Part shown: positions 1 through 8,374 of the stretch, piece by piece
Numbering within the stretch: the stretch's first letter is position 1
Layout of the letters: every line of letters begins with the position of its first letter
Virus record (IMG/VR): IMGVR_UViG_3300012352_000690
Location: 1-37,430 of that record
DNA length: 37,430 bases
Source: a virus
Lineage: Duplodnaviria > Caudoviricetes
Direction: 5' to 3' (one strand)
The notes under the pieces: model-generated
Database searches by the model: none
Seen by the model: only the letters and a program-made list of their open reading frames with translations
Told to the model about the DNA's origin: nothing
Translations under genes and position numbers: made by a program

Positions 1-12
1 TCAAACTGCAGC
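1..12. repeat. Terminal direct repeat TCAAACTGCAGC (also at 37419-37430), circular assembly overlap
   Basis: First 12 nt are identical to last 12 nt, and a reading frame continues across the join. Confidence 0.85.
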
Positions 13-65
13 AAGTCGGCGGAATCCACAGCGTAGATAAACAACGAAAAAACAACGAAAAAACA

Positions 66-461
66 ATGAAAGGAGTACCACCGCGCCACTGGAAAAAAGG
101 GGAATCGGGTAATCCAAACGGAAGACCCAAAAAATCCTTTACAATATTTGCCGAAAAGATGAAAGAAGAGGGGTACGAACCTCTCACAAGGGCTGCGTAT
201 ATTGAAGCCCTATCCCTTATATTCTCACTTCCTCAAGATAAATTGCAGGAAATTGCGGCTGATGAAGAGCAACCTCTTCTACTTCGCTTAACGATCGGAT
301 TATTAGCAGACCCGTCCGAACGAGCTAGAGCAATGCAAGATTATAGAGATTATCTGTTCGGAAGTGCTAAGAATAGAGTTGATATAACCACAGACGGCGA
401 AAAAATAAACCAGGTCACCGTGTTTGAACTCCCGAGTAATGGTAGAGAAGACAGTAATTAG
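66..461 (+). CDS. terS: Terminase small subunit
   Basis: N-terminal WKKGESGNPNGRPK motif typical of phage TerS-like proteins, directly upstream of TerL. Confidence 0.8.
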   Translation: MKGVPPRHWKKGESGNPNGRPKKSFTIFAEKMKEEGYEPLTRAAYIEALSLIFSLPQDKLQEIAADEEQPLLLRLTIGLLADPSERARAMQDYRDYLFGSAKNRVDITTDGEKINQVTVFELPSNGREDSN

Positions 462-1995
462 GCCACAGCCCGGCTATCAAATGCAGTTCCTATCTTCCCC
501 CGCTGATATAGTAATCGGTGGAGGCGCGGCGGGTGCTGGGAAAACCTATTCACTCTTACTTGATCCTTTGCATTACATTACCCGCGTAGATGGTTTTGGA
601 GGTGTAATCTTTCGGCGTACAAGTCCACAAATTAAGGGAGAAGGGGGCCTTTGGGATACAAGCACTTCAATCTACTCAAGCTTATCTATTGCCGCGTCCC
701 GAGAATCGTCAATGGAGTGGTTATTTAAGACCCCGACTGGGAAGGTAAATCGAATCAAGTTTAATCACCTTGAGTACGAAAAAAACACGCTGGATTGGCA
801 AGGGACGCAGATACCGTTTATCGGATTTGACGAGCTTACCCACTTTAGCGAAAACATGTTCTTCTACCTATTAGGCCGTAACCGGTCCGTTTGTGGCGTA
901 AAACCCTACGTCCGCGCAACGTGCAATCCCGACCCTGACAGTTGGGTAGCAAAACTTATTGAATGGTGGATTGATCAAGAAGATAAATTACCCGACGGCT
1001 CACCAAACCCGCGATACGGCTATCCAATCCCCGAACGGTCGGGAGTGGTACGGTATTTTTTCAGGCAAGGTGAAGACTACTACTGGGGCAGTTCGGTAGA
1101 GGAGGCCTATCATAACGCGTCGGGTATAATCGACGGGATGAAGGCGAAGGCAGAATACTTACAGATAGAGGACTTCATCAAGTCTATCACATTTATTTCG
1201 GGCTCTATCTACGAAAACAAAAAACTACTCGAAGTTAACCCGTCCTATCTTGCCAACCTTGCATCTCAAGACGAACAAACCCGGGCGCAACTCTTAGACG
1301 GAAACTGGAAAATAGTTATATCGGAGAATGATATATATGAATATTCAGCTTTAACAGGGGTTTTTGAAAACAAATACAGCAACGACGAAGGAGAATATTA
1401 CATAACAGCCGATATTGCTTTACAAGGCTCTAATAAGTTCGTCACAGGCGTTTGGAAGGGCAAAACACTGATAGATATTGCTATCATGCACAAGAGTGAT
1501 GGGAAGGAGGTTTTGGAAGCAATCACAGCACTGGCGAAACAATACCGCGTGCCTAATCGGAATATCTTGTTTGATGCAGATGGAGTAGGTGGCTATCTAT
1601 CTGGATTCCTAACAGGGGCAATATCTTTCAACGGGGGGTCATCCCCTTTGCAAGTAAAAGACGAAACAACCAAGCGGATAATTAAGGAAAATTACCGTAA
1701 TTTGAAGGCTCAAGTATTCTTTAAGTCAGGCGCGTCGGTTTCGCGCGGGGAATACTCCGTACTTCCAGAAGTTGCTACGCGGATGTTTGACGACAAGATG
1801 ACCGTTCGGCAGCGGTTTATGTTCGAACGCAAAGCGATTAAACGGGGCAAGCCCGACGCGGATGGAAAATTGCACTTGATACCCAAGGAGGAAATGAAAG
1901 TCAAGCTAGGCGGGGAATCCCCCGACTTGCTTGACATGTTTGCAATGCGAGAATATTTTACACTAAATAATAAGAAAGAATGGCTAGTTGGTTAG
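439..1995 (+). CDS. terL: Terminase large subunit (ATG at 439 preferred over TTG at 424)
   Basis: Walker A GGAAGAGKT, Walker B FIGFDE, motif III RATCNP, C-terminal RNase H-like YITADIA and SPDLLD. Confidence 0.95.
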   Translation: MVEKTVIRPQPGYQMQFLSSPADIVIGGGAAGAGKTYSLLLDPLHYITRVDGFGGVIFRRTSPQIKGEGGLWDTSTSIYSSLSIAASRESSMEWLFKTPTGKVNRIKFNHLEYEKNTLDWQGTQIPFIGFDELTHFSENMFFYLLGRNRSVCGVKPYVRATCNPDPDSWVAKLIEWWIDQEDKLPDGSPNPRYGYPIPERSGVVRYFFRQGEDYYWGSSVEEAYHNASGIIDGMKAKAEYLQIEDFIKSITFISGSIYENKKLLEVNPSYLANLASQDEQTRAQLLDGNWKIVISENDIYEYSALTGVFENKYSNDEGEYYITADIALQGSNKFVTGVWKGKTLIDIAIMHKSDGKEVLEAITALAKQYRVPNRNILFDADGVGGYLSGFLTGAISFNGGSSPLQVKDETTKRIIKENYRNLKAQVFFKSGASVSRGEYSVLPEVATRMFDDKMTVRQRFMFERKAIKRGKPDADGKLHLIPKEEMKVKLGGESPDLLDMFAMREYFTLNNKKEWLVG

Positions 1996-3365
1996 ATAGA
2001 TTAGGATTAGGATTGGGCAAATCCAAGCCCGTCGAGCAAAAGCAACAATTCGATAAATTAAAACCGTTCACGCAGCTGGCACTTAGCTTCGTGGGTGGTC
2101 AAACGGTTGTTTGGCAAAGTACAAGTAGGGGTGAACTACTCGAGGCGGGTTACCTGAACGATAACATTGTTTTTTCATTACAAAAATGGAAAGCAAACAA
2201 AATAAAAAATTGTCCGTTCGTGTTGTACCGTGTTAAATCGAAGCGCAAGTACGCAAAATACAAGTCGCTTCTAAAATCCCCGACAAGTGATTCTTTCGCG
2301 GTTGCGATGCAGCTCAAATCCCAGGCGTTGGAAGTGGTTGAGGAACATCCACTATTAAAACTCCTCGACGAACCGAACGTGGATATGACGGGGGCAATGT
2401 TTAAAGAAATGGAAATCACATACCGCGACATGGTTGGAGCGTCCTACGTGCGGATGGTTATTGGCGAGGGCTCACGCGTGCCAATTCGGCTGGAAATTAT
2501 CCCGTCGCAAGAGGTGACAATCATTCAAGGTGAAGATGGATTACCAATTGCACTTTCTCTTATTAAGGACCCAGAAGTTCGCATACCATGGGAAGAAATT
2601 ATACAAACGCGGCATTTCAACCCGAAATTCAGCTGGCAAGGAGAACACTTGTACGGGTTGTCAATCCTGCATTCTGCAAGTAAGCTGCTAACAAAACATG
2701 CGGAATCTATCTCAGCCGAAGCGGAGGCATTCGCTAATCGTGGTGCGAGAGAGTTGATATTTCCAACGAATGCAGACTTCGCCGACTACGACCCTGCAAC
2801 AATCGAAGGGGTAAACAAGCGACTAAACGACAAATTAACAGAGGGTGGCAACAACCGCGTGGTGGCAAATGCGATTCCGCTTGGTTCGATAAAAATCGGA
2901 ATGTCGCCAGTGGATTTGAATATCTTAGAATCAAATCAGGAATTGAAAAATGAATTTTGCGCGCTGTATGGAATTTCGCCAATTATTTTCGACTGGACGA
3001 GTAACAGTACGTACAACAACCTAATCGAAGCGCGTAAAATGTCGCTACTCGATGGAGTAATCCCGTATCAGGAAGACTTCAAGGACGCGCTGAATTCCAA
3101 ATTAGTACCTTATTTCGGTAAAGATTTGGTTCTCGATTGGGACTACCAAGCATACCCAGAGATGCAATCAGACTTAAAAGAGCAAACAGAACGCTTGGCC
3201 AAATCGTACTGGCTAACAATCGACGAAAAACGCGCCGAACAAGACTTCCCAATCTTGAACACCGAGAACAGCCAAATCCCTTTAGTTCCAAGTAACCTAA
3301 CAAGGCTGGACGATGTAGGTATGGATTCACCAATAATCAACACGCCGAATGAGCCAGCAATATAA
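1980..3365 (+). CDS. Portal protein (HK97 family)
   Basis: HPLLKLLDEPN, YGLS, STYNN and LTIDEKR portal motifs, follows TerL. Confidence 0.93.
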   Translation: MASWLDRLGLGLGKSKPVEQKQQFDKLKPFTQLALSFVGGQTVVWQSTSRGELLEAGYLNDNIVFSLQKWKANKIKNCPFVLYRVKSKRKYAKYKSLLKSPTSDSFAVAMQLKSQALEVVEEHPLLKLLDEPNVDMTGAMFKEMEITYRDMVGASYVRMVIGEGSRVPIRLEIIPSQEVTIIQGEDGLPIALSLIKDPEVRIPWEEIIQTRHFNPKFSWQGEHLYGLSILHSASKLLTKHAESISAEAEAFANRGARELIFPTNADFADYDPATIEGVNKRLNDKLTEGGNNRVVANAIPLGSIKIGMSPVDLNILESNQELKNEFCALYGISPIIFDWTSNSTYNNLIEARKMSLLDGVIPYQEDFKDALNSKLVPYFGKDLVLDWDYQAYPEMQSDLKEQTERLAKSYWLTIDEKRAEQDFPILNTENSQIPLVPSNLTRLDDVGMDSPIINTPNEPAI

Positions 3366-4092
3366 CAAGATAGAACGTATAAGAAGAAAGCATGAACTTG
3401 CTTTCTTTCGTTCTTTATATCCCTTATTTGCCCGCGATATGCGGAAACTGAAAGCAGCCATACGCGACAATCCCGCCGCCGCTATGGGGTTAATCGACAC
3501 GCTATTTGATTACTACGAGATTCTTGCAATAGTACGGCAGAACCTTGAAAAAATAGGCACTGACGAAGCGACGCGGGTGTATAATGACATTATAGACCGC
3601 GCGGAAAGAAAAGCATCTGCAGTAGGGTTTTTGAGCCAAATTATTAACGCAATTATTCGGAATATTGCAGGTAATCCCTTTGTTGCTGACCGTATCCGTA
3701 ATGTGTCTGAAAACATGAAACAAACTGTTCGGGATAAGCTACAAGAGGGCATGAGGAATAACTTATCGGCGCGAAGCTTAGCTGCGTTATTTACGGCAGA
3801 ATTTTCCCGTATGCGTGCATTGCGCATTGTACGCACGGAAACAACAGCGATATTTAATGAGGCAAGTTTGGAGGGCGCAAAAGCGACCGGTTATCCTGTG
3901 CTGAAAAAGTGGCTAGCTGGTACGGATGCACGTACAAGGGATTCGCATTTAGAGATGAATGCAAAAGACGCGATTCCGATAGACAACCTGTTTGATGTAG
4001 GTGGTAAAAGAATGGCAAGACCGGGTGATGGTGCTGGAGGTGCAAAGGAAGTGGTGAACTGCCGATGCGTAATGATTTACGAGGTGCAATAA
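3349..4092 (+). CDS. Minor head / head morphogenesis protein (SPP1 gp7 / Mu gpF family)
   Basis: RALRIVRTET, KKWLAGTDARTRDSH and C-terminal NCRC motifs. Confidence 0.88.
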   Translation: MSQQYNKIERIRRKHELAFFRSLYPLFARDMRKLKAAIRDNPAAAMGLIDTLFDYYEILAIVRQNLEKIGTDEATRVYNDIIDRAERKASAVGFLSQIINAIIRNIAGNPFVADRIRNVSENMKQTVRDKLQEGMRNNLSARSLAALFTAEFSRMRALRIVRTETTAIFNEASLEGAKATGYPVLKKWLAGTDARTRDSHLEMNAKDAIPIDNLFDVGGKRMARPGDGAGGAKEVVNCRCVMIYEVQ

Positions 4093-4306
4093 AAGACCCC
4101 GACAAACGCGGGGTCTTTAGGTCAAACATCAACTATTTATTCACTATGAAAAAACTCTCTCTAAAAAGAACCTCCCCCTAAGTAGAAGGAGGTCTAATGG
4201 CACCTACTCAATTTAAAACCTAAACATGAAACGAAAATTTCTTTTGAAAAACGGCAGGCATAACAACCTGCCGTTAGTGTGAACCCTCTAAACTACGCTA
4301 TGTTCG
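4090..4306 (-). ncRNA. Candidate tandem array of three small antisense RNAs, each an anti-start-site segment plus terminator
   Basis: Hairpins at 4092-4118, 4170-4193 and 4250-4275, each followed by U-runs on -. Hairpin 2 has G-U pairs only on the - strand. Spacers read on + as start-site mimics (ATG at 4146, 4226, 4300). Confidence 0.6.
4092..4118. terminator. Intrinsic terminator hairpin (last unit of the antisense array, may act on both strands)
   Basis: 10-bp stem AAAGACCCCG/CGGGGTCTTT with 7-nt loop, right after the gp7-like stop codon. Confidence 0.8.
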
Positions 4307-4446
4307 CGACGTGTGCAGGATTCGAACCTGCAAGTACTATTGAGGTAGCACTTTCTTATGTTTTCCGACATCCACTCCAAGTTCCCTCAACTTTGTAGCG
4401 ATAATCTTCATAATCACATAGCGGTTCTCTATTCCGCCAACACGTC
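4307..4446 (-). tRNA. Atypical tRNA-Ser-like RNA (GGA?) with anticodon loop expanded by ~47 nt
   Basis: Acceptor GACGTGT/ACACGTC plus G discriminator, D arm GCGG/CCGC, anticodon stem TATGT/ACATA enclosing 54 nt ending TC-GGA-AA, 8-bp variable arm AAGTGCTA/TAGTACTT, T arm GCAGG-TTCGAAT-CCTGC. Confidence 0.7.
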
Positions 4447-4447
4447 G

Positions 4448-4517
4448 AGTTCGGTATTGGAATCGAACCAACTACATTGGACTTGCAATCCAACCAACAT
4501 CCATTGCTTTACCGAAC
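4448..4517 (-). tRNA. tRNA-Cys(GCA)-like gene, CCA not encoded
   Basis: Acceptor GTTCGGT/ACCGAAC plus U discriminator, anticodon arm TTGGA-TTGCAAG-TCCAA, T arm GTTGG-TTCGATT-CCAAT. D arm is weak and position 8 is A. Confidence 0.75.
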
Positions 4518-4688
4518 TTTCTCGTACAAATACTTACTCAATTCGCTCTTCATTATCGGCCTCCCTTTCGGCTTTCCCAATTTCGTCCGCAACCGAGACA
4601 TGAACGCCCACGTCGCCGACATTGTGCGATGACCCATAATTTTATTTATTTCTCCGCCTGAAAGCGCGACATCCTCCTCTAATTTCAT
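4509..4688 (-). CDS. 59-aa small basic protein, probable HTH DNA-binding protein (not in ORF track)
   Basis: Hand translation MKLEEDVALSGGEINKIMGHRTMSATWAFMSRLRTKLGKPKGRPIMKSELSKYLYEKVR, downstream of a TACATTTG box. Confidence 0.6.
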   Translation of the reverse strand: MKLEEDVALSGGEINKIMGHRTMSATWAFMSRLRTKLGKPKGRPIMKSELSKYLYEKVR

Positions 4689-4710
4689 ATGAGTTACTTT
4701 AAGTACATTA

Positions 4711-4718
4711 CAAATGTA
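4711..4718 (-). promoter_or_regulatory. Bacteroidota-type -7 promoter box driving the antisense island
   Basis: TACATTTG on - matches TAnnTTTG, 22 nt upstream of ATG 4688. No clean -33 TTTG at consensus spacing. Confidence 0.55.
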
Positions 4719-4760
4719 AAAAGAATACTTTAATAGTTTGTAAATTTAAACAAAAAAAAT

Positions 4761-5399
4761 ATGCACCACCTCCACAAATCTGGGAATTTTGTCTTTAAAG
4801 ACATCGACCTTAATAAGCGTAGGGTGACGGGCATCCTATCAGCATTCGACAATATAGATTCAGATAACGATATTATCAGAAAGGGCGCATACACGCGCAC
4901 GATTGAAGAGCGTGGCCCGAATGGCACAAAGCAAATAAAATACCTCCTTGATCACGACGTAAAAAAAGCAGTAGGCAAGTTTGACGTGCTGAAAGAGACA
5001 GACGAAGGGTTGTACTACGAAGCAACAATCGGCACGCATACCTTAGGGCAAGATTATGCAAAAATGGTAGAATCCGAAATCATTACAGAACACTCCGTGG
5101 CTATCAATGTAACGAAATCAAACAAACTATCGGGTGGTGTTCGAGAAATCAAGGAAGTAACGCTTTTCGAAGGGTCTGGGTTGCAGTTTTTAGGCGCAAA
5201 CCCTAAAACACCAGTGTTGTCTATTAAATCAGAAGCAGACGTACTCAAGGAGATTGAAAAACTTGAATCAATTTTGAAAAATGGCACACTATCGGATGAA
5301 ACATTTATCAATGTAATCATCCCGCGTATTGAGCAACTAAAAAGTAATATAGTACCACGGGGTTATATAGATTTTAAAGAATTTTTACAAACATTATAA
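4761..5399 (+). CDS. HK97-family prohead protease
   Basis: DSDNDIIRKGAY, YLLDHD, ETDEGLYYE, EHSV and LFEGS...GANP motifs, upstream of capsid. Confidence 0.92.
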   Translation: MHHLHKSGNFVFKDIDLNKRRVTGILSAFDNIDSDNDIIRKGAYTRTIEERGPNGTKQIKYLLDHDVKKAVGKFDVLKETDEGLYYEATIGTHTLGQDYAKMVESEIITEHSVAINVTKSNKLSGGVREIKEVTLFEGSGLQFLGANPKTPVLSIKSEADVLKEIEKLESILKNGTLSDETFINVIIPRIEQLKSNIVPRGYIDFKEFLQTL

Positions 5400-5403
5400 G
5401 AGC

Positions 5404-6627
5404 ATGACTGAAGAATTAAAATCATTAGTGAACGAGAAGTTCAACGAGCTAAAAAAGAGCATTACGGCTGCTGAAGCGAAAGGCATCAGCGCGGCGGAAC
5501 AGGCACAAGGCGAAGTTGGGAACCTAGCTACGCAATTTGCCGAACTAAAATCGAAAGTAGACGGACACACCGGCTCACTAGACAAGCTAGGCGAAGAAAT
5601 GCGCAAAGGCTTAACGGTTTCTAATCGTCCTGAAACATTCAAGTCTATCTTAACTAAGTCGCTAAACGAGCAAAAGGCAAAGTTAGAAGGGTTGCACAAC
5701 AAGAACTTTTATGCGACTTCGTTTGACATTGATTTGAAAGCAGTTGGTGACATGGCGCGGTCAAACATGGCCGGTGGTCTTGGTTCATTTGACCGTACAT
5801 ATTCGCCTGAAATCGTTGCAAACCCGTTTCAAAATCTACACATCCGTCAGTTAATCCCTGGAACGGCGCTTACAACTGAAACGCTTGTATATCCTAAATT
5901 GACTACAAAAGAGGGTGTACCCGCGATTCAAACGGAAGGTTCTGCAAAAGCACAACAAGATTTTGATTTTACAGTCGTAACTGAATCACCTGTTACTATT
6001 GCGACGTTTGCGCGTATTACAAAGCAGATGCTTCGTGCAATGCCTCAGCTATCTTCTTTCATTCAAACGCAAATGATTGAAGACCTATTGATTATTGAAG
6101 ATAGTGAGTTACTGAATGGCCCAGGAGGCTCTAACCGTTTGGACGGCATCGCAACCCAAGCGAGTACGTACACTCCGACGGTAGGAACAGTAGCCGCGGG
6201 TGCAGGCGCAGACCTGTATAACCGTCTAATCAACGCAATTGCGCAATTGAAGCAATTAAATTACAGACCAAACGGTATTTTACTTAACACGCTTGATTTT
6301 AGCGAATTGCTACAAGTTAAGACATCGGCAGGTGAATACACGTATCCGTTTTTGACTGTAAACGCAGCAACAAACGCAATCCAAATCTATGGTGTTCCGG
6401 TTATCGAAAGTACATCAGCAGCTTTGGCGGTTGGGACCTTCATCGTAGGTGACTGGACACGTGCAGCACTCTTAACGAGAGAGTCTCTACAAGTAGATTT
6501 AAGCTACGACGACGCTAACAACTTCACGACTAACAAAGTGACTTTGCGCGTTGAGGAATCGGTTGGTTTAGCGGTGTATCACCCACAAGCATTCTTGAAA
6601 GGCACAACAGTAGCACCGGCACCATGA
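5404..6627 (+). CDS. Major capsid protein (HK97 fold, N-terminal coiled-coil delta domain)
   Basis: EGSAK, ITKQML, ELLNGPG, IYGVPVI, VGDW and RVEESVGLAVYHPQAF motifs. Confidence 0.95.
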   Translation: MTEELKSLVNEKFNELKKSITAAEAKGISAAEQAQGEVGNLATQFAELKSKVDGHTGSLDKLGEEMRKGLTVSNRPETFKSILTKSLNEQKAKLEGLHNKNFYATSFDIDLKAVGDMARSNMAGGLGSFDRTYSPEIVANPFQNLHIRQLIPGTALTTETLVYPKLTTKEGVPAIQTEGSAKAQQDFDFTVVTESPVTIATFARITKQMLRAMPQLSSFIQTQMIEDLLIIEDSELLNGPGGSNRLDGIATQASTYTPTVGTVAAGAGADLYNRLINAIAQLKQLNYRPNGILLNTLDFSELLQVKTSAGEYTYPFLTVNAATNAIQIYGVPVIESTSAALAVGTFIVGDWTRAALLTRESLQVDLSYDDANNFTTNKVTLRVEESVGLAVYHPQAFLKGTTVAPAP

Positions 6628-6848
6628 TAAAAATTGAAATCCTTGAGACCGTACAATCGCGGTCTCAGGGGCTTCTTTTAAAAGGTGAAAAAAAAGAAGT
6701 CCCTCAGTTCGTTGCTGAATATTTGATTGAACACAAATTCGCAAAGTTGAATGAAGATAGTAAGAACGATAACGGGAACGGAGCCAGTGACGCTAGAACA
6801 ACTCAAGCGACACCTAGGGTTTCCAAACCTAGTAACAGAAAGAGATGA
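6624..6848 (+). CDS. Small protein downstream of capsid (hypothetical)
   Basis: ATGA coupling to the capsid stop. C-terminus overlaps the next gene by 98 nt. Confidence 0.6.
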   Translation: MIKIEILETVQSRSQGLLLKGEKKEVPQFVAEYLIEHKFAKLNEDSKNDNGNGASDARTTQATPRVSKPSNRKR

Positions 6849-7233
6849 AGAACTAGCCAACTGCCTAATCGCAGCGCGTGAAAGCGTGGAGTCTGCTACA
6901 GGCAAACTGTTTGTTAAGTCTACTGTTAACGTTACGTTCGCGCCTATTACATCCTACGCTTATCTTCCTTATTTCCCAATTATATCTTTAACCTCAAAAA
7001 CCGACGGGTTGGAGTTAGATTTGAACGACGGCCGTATCTCAGGTGAATACGAGAGCGGGCAAAACGTTGTTTACGTTGCGGGGTATGAAAACGGAATGCA
7101 ACCAGCTGTTGCAAAACAGGCCATTTTGCAGTGTGCTGCTGAATTTTACGAGAATCCATACGGATTAGGGAATAAAACGCCAGTTTGGAAGAACACTATT
7201 CGACCGCTAAAAACATTATCATTCATACAATGA
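6751..7233 (+). CDS. Head-tail connector (HK97 gp6-like)
   Basis: EPVTLEQLKRHL, IAARESVESATG and AKQAILQCAAEFYEN motifs. Confidence 0.88.
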   Translation: MKIVRTITGTEPVTLEQLKRHLGFPNLVTERDEELANCLIAARESVESATGKLFVKSTVNVTFAPITSYAYLPYFPIISLTSKTDGLELDLNDGRISGEYESGQNVVYVAGYENGMQPAVAKQAILQCAAEFYENPYGLGNKTPVWKNTIRPLKTLSFIQ

Positions 7234-7550
7234 AATATCGGGAGATTATACGTGTTATAGAGCAAGTCCCGACGAAAACAGCGGCAGGAGGGTTTACAAC
7301 GGTGAATACTACCAAGTTTGATACATTTGCCCGCGTGACGGCTAAAAATGCTAAAAGAATCTTGGAATCTGGAACATTGGCTTTTGCCAAATATTTAGAA
7401 TGTACAATTAGATACATGGAAGAATGGCAGGTAGAATTAGGGGCAATTATCGAATACAAAGGCGAATTATACGACGTTACGGGCATCGTAAATGTCGACG
7501 AAAGGAATAGAGAAGTAACTTTTCATATTGTCAAGCATGTCAGCAGCTAA
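7230..7550 (+). CDS. Head closure / head-tail adaptor (SPP1 gp16-like)
   Basis: Synteny, TIRY...IEYKGELYDV...NVDERNRE pattern, ATGA overlap at 7230. Confidence 0.8.
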   Translation: MKYREIIRVIEQVPTKTAAGGFTTVNTTKFDTFARVTAKNAKRILESGTLAFAKYLECTIRYMEEWQVELGAIIEYKGELYDVTGIVNVDERNREVTFHIVKHVSS

Positions 7551-7962
7551 TCTAATTCGTAGGCTTGAAAGGCTAGGCAGACCCGCAATGCAAAAAGCGG
7601 AACACAAGCTAGCACAACGATTGTATAAAATTCACTCGGAGGCAGTTCAAGCAGCACCTTTAGATTTAGGGAAGTTACGGCAAAGTATTCAGGTACGTAT
7701 AGAAGACGGCAGAAGATCGGGTTTTGTTACGGCGGGAAATATCAGCGATAACTCGAAAAACTACGCTGCTTTTGTGGAGTTTGGGACAGGAACAAAGGTA
7801 CGCGTACCACAAGGTTTTGAAAGAATGGCAATGCGATTTAAAGGTAGCGTAAGGATAACCGGTATGAGAGCACGGCCTTATTTAATACCAGCGTATTTAA
7901 GACATCGGCGTTTATTCGTTAACGACATAAGAAAAATTATAGCAGATGAAGTGGGCAGGTAA
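7537..7962 (+). CDS. HK97 gp10-family tail component
   Basis: APLDLGKLRQSI, YAAFVEFGT and ARPYLIPA motifs. Confidence 0.88.
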   Translation: MSAANLIRRLERLGRPAMQKAEHKLAQRLYKIHSEAVQAAPLDLGKLRQSIQVRIEDGRRSGFVTAGNISDNSKNYAAFVEFGTGTKVRVPQGFERMAMRFKGSVRITGMRARPYLIPAYLRHRRLFVNDIRKIIADEVGR

Positions 7963-8362
7963 CAAGATACGCGCGGCGTTGGTTTCTAAGTTAAATTCAA
8001 TCGTACCCATGTACGATATGAAAATTCCTTTGGCGCTTCGTAACGGCGTTTTTTGCGTATTGGCCAACTACTCACAGTCTAATCAGGATACAAAAGATTC
8101 GTTCCATGGTACTGCATTACAAAACTTAGAGTTTCATAAGGTCGTACAAGGGCAGTTTGGGGATAGGACGGACATGGACAACTTGATAGATTTGTGTCTT
8201 CAAGCACTTAGACCTCAATCAGAAACCGTATCTTTGCCCGCAACGGACTTTAAAATAATCGGAATACGGCTTATTAACAGCGTAGACGATTTACAAGATA
8301 ACAATGGTGAGTTGGTGTATATCAATGTGCTAACTTTAGAGATAGATTTTGTTCAAAACTAA
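7946..8362 (+). CDS. Putative tail terminator / completion protein
   Basis: Size and position between gp10-like gene and tail tube. Confidence 0.6.
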   Translation: MKWAGNKIRAALVSKLNSIVPMYDMKIPLALRNGVFCVLANYSQSNQDTKDSFHGTALQNLEFHKVVQGQFGDRTDMDNLIDLCLQALRPQSETVSLPATDFKIIGIRLINSVDDLQDNNGELVYINVLTLEIDFVQN

Positions 8363-8374
8363 TAAAAAAAAATT

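Noticed and set aside
4090-4306. Possible CRISPR mini-array
   Set aside because: The hairpins share no repeat sequence and no cas genes are present. Kept only as an sRNA array candidate
4307-4446. tmRNA or tRNA-Sec interpretation
   Set aside because: Too short for tmRNA, has a full D stem and lacks the G3-U70 Ala determinant. There is no TCA anticodon in register
4358-4603. 81-aa + strand ORF in the track
   Set aside because: It is the antisense shadow of the two tRNA-like genes and the 59-aa ORF, and its composition is not protein-like
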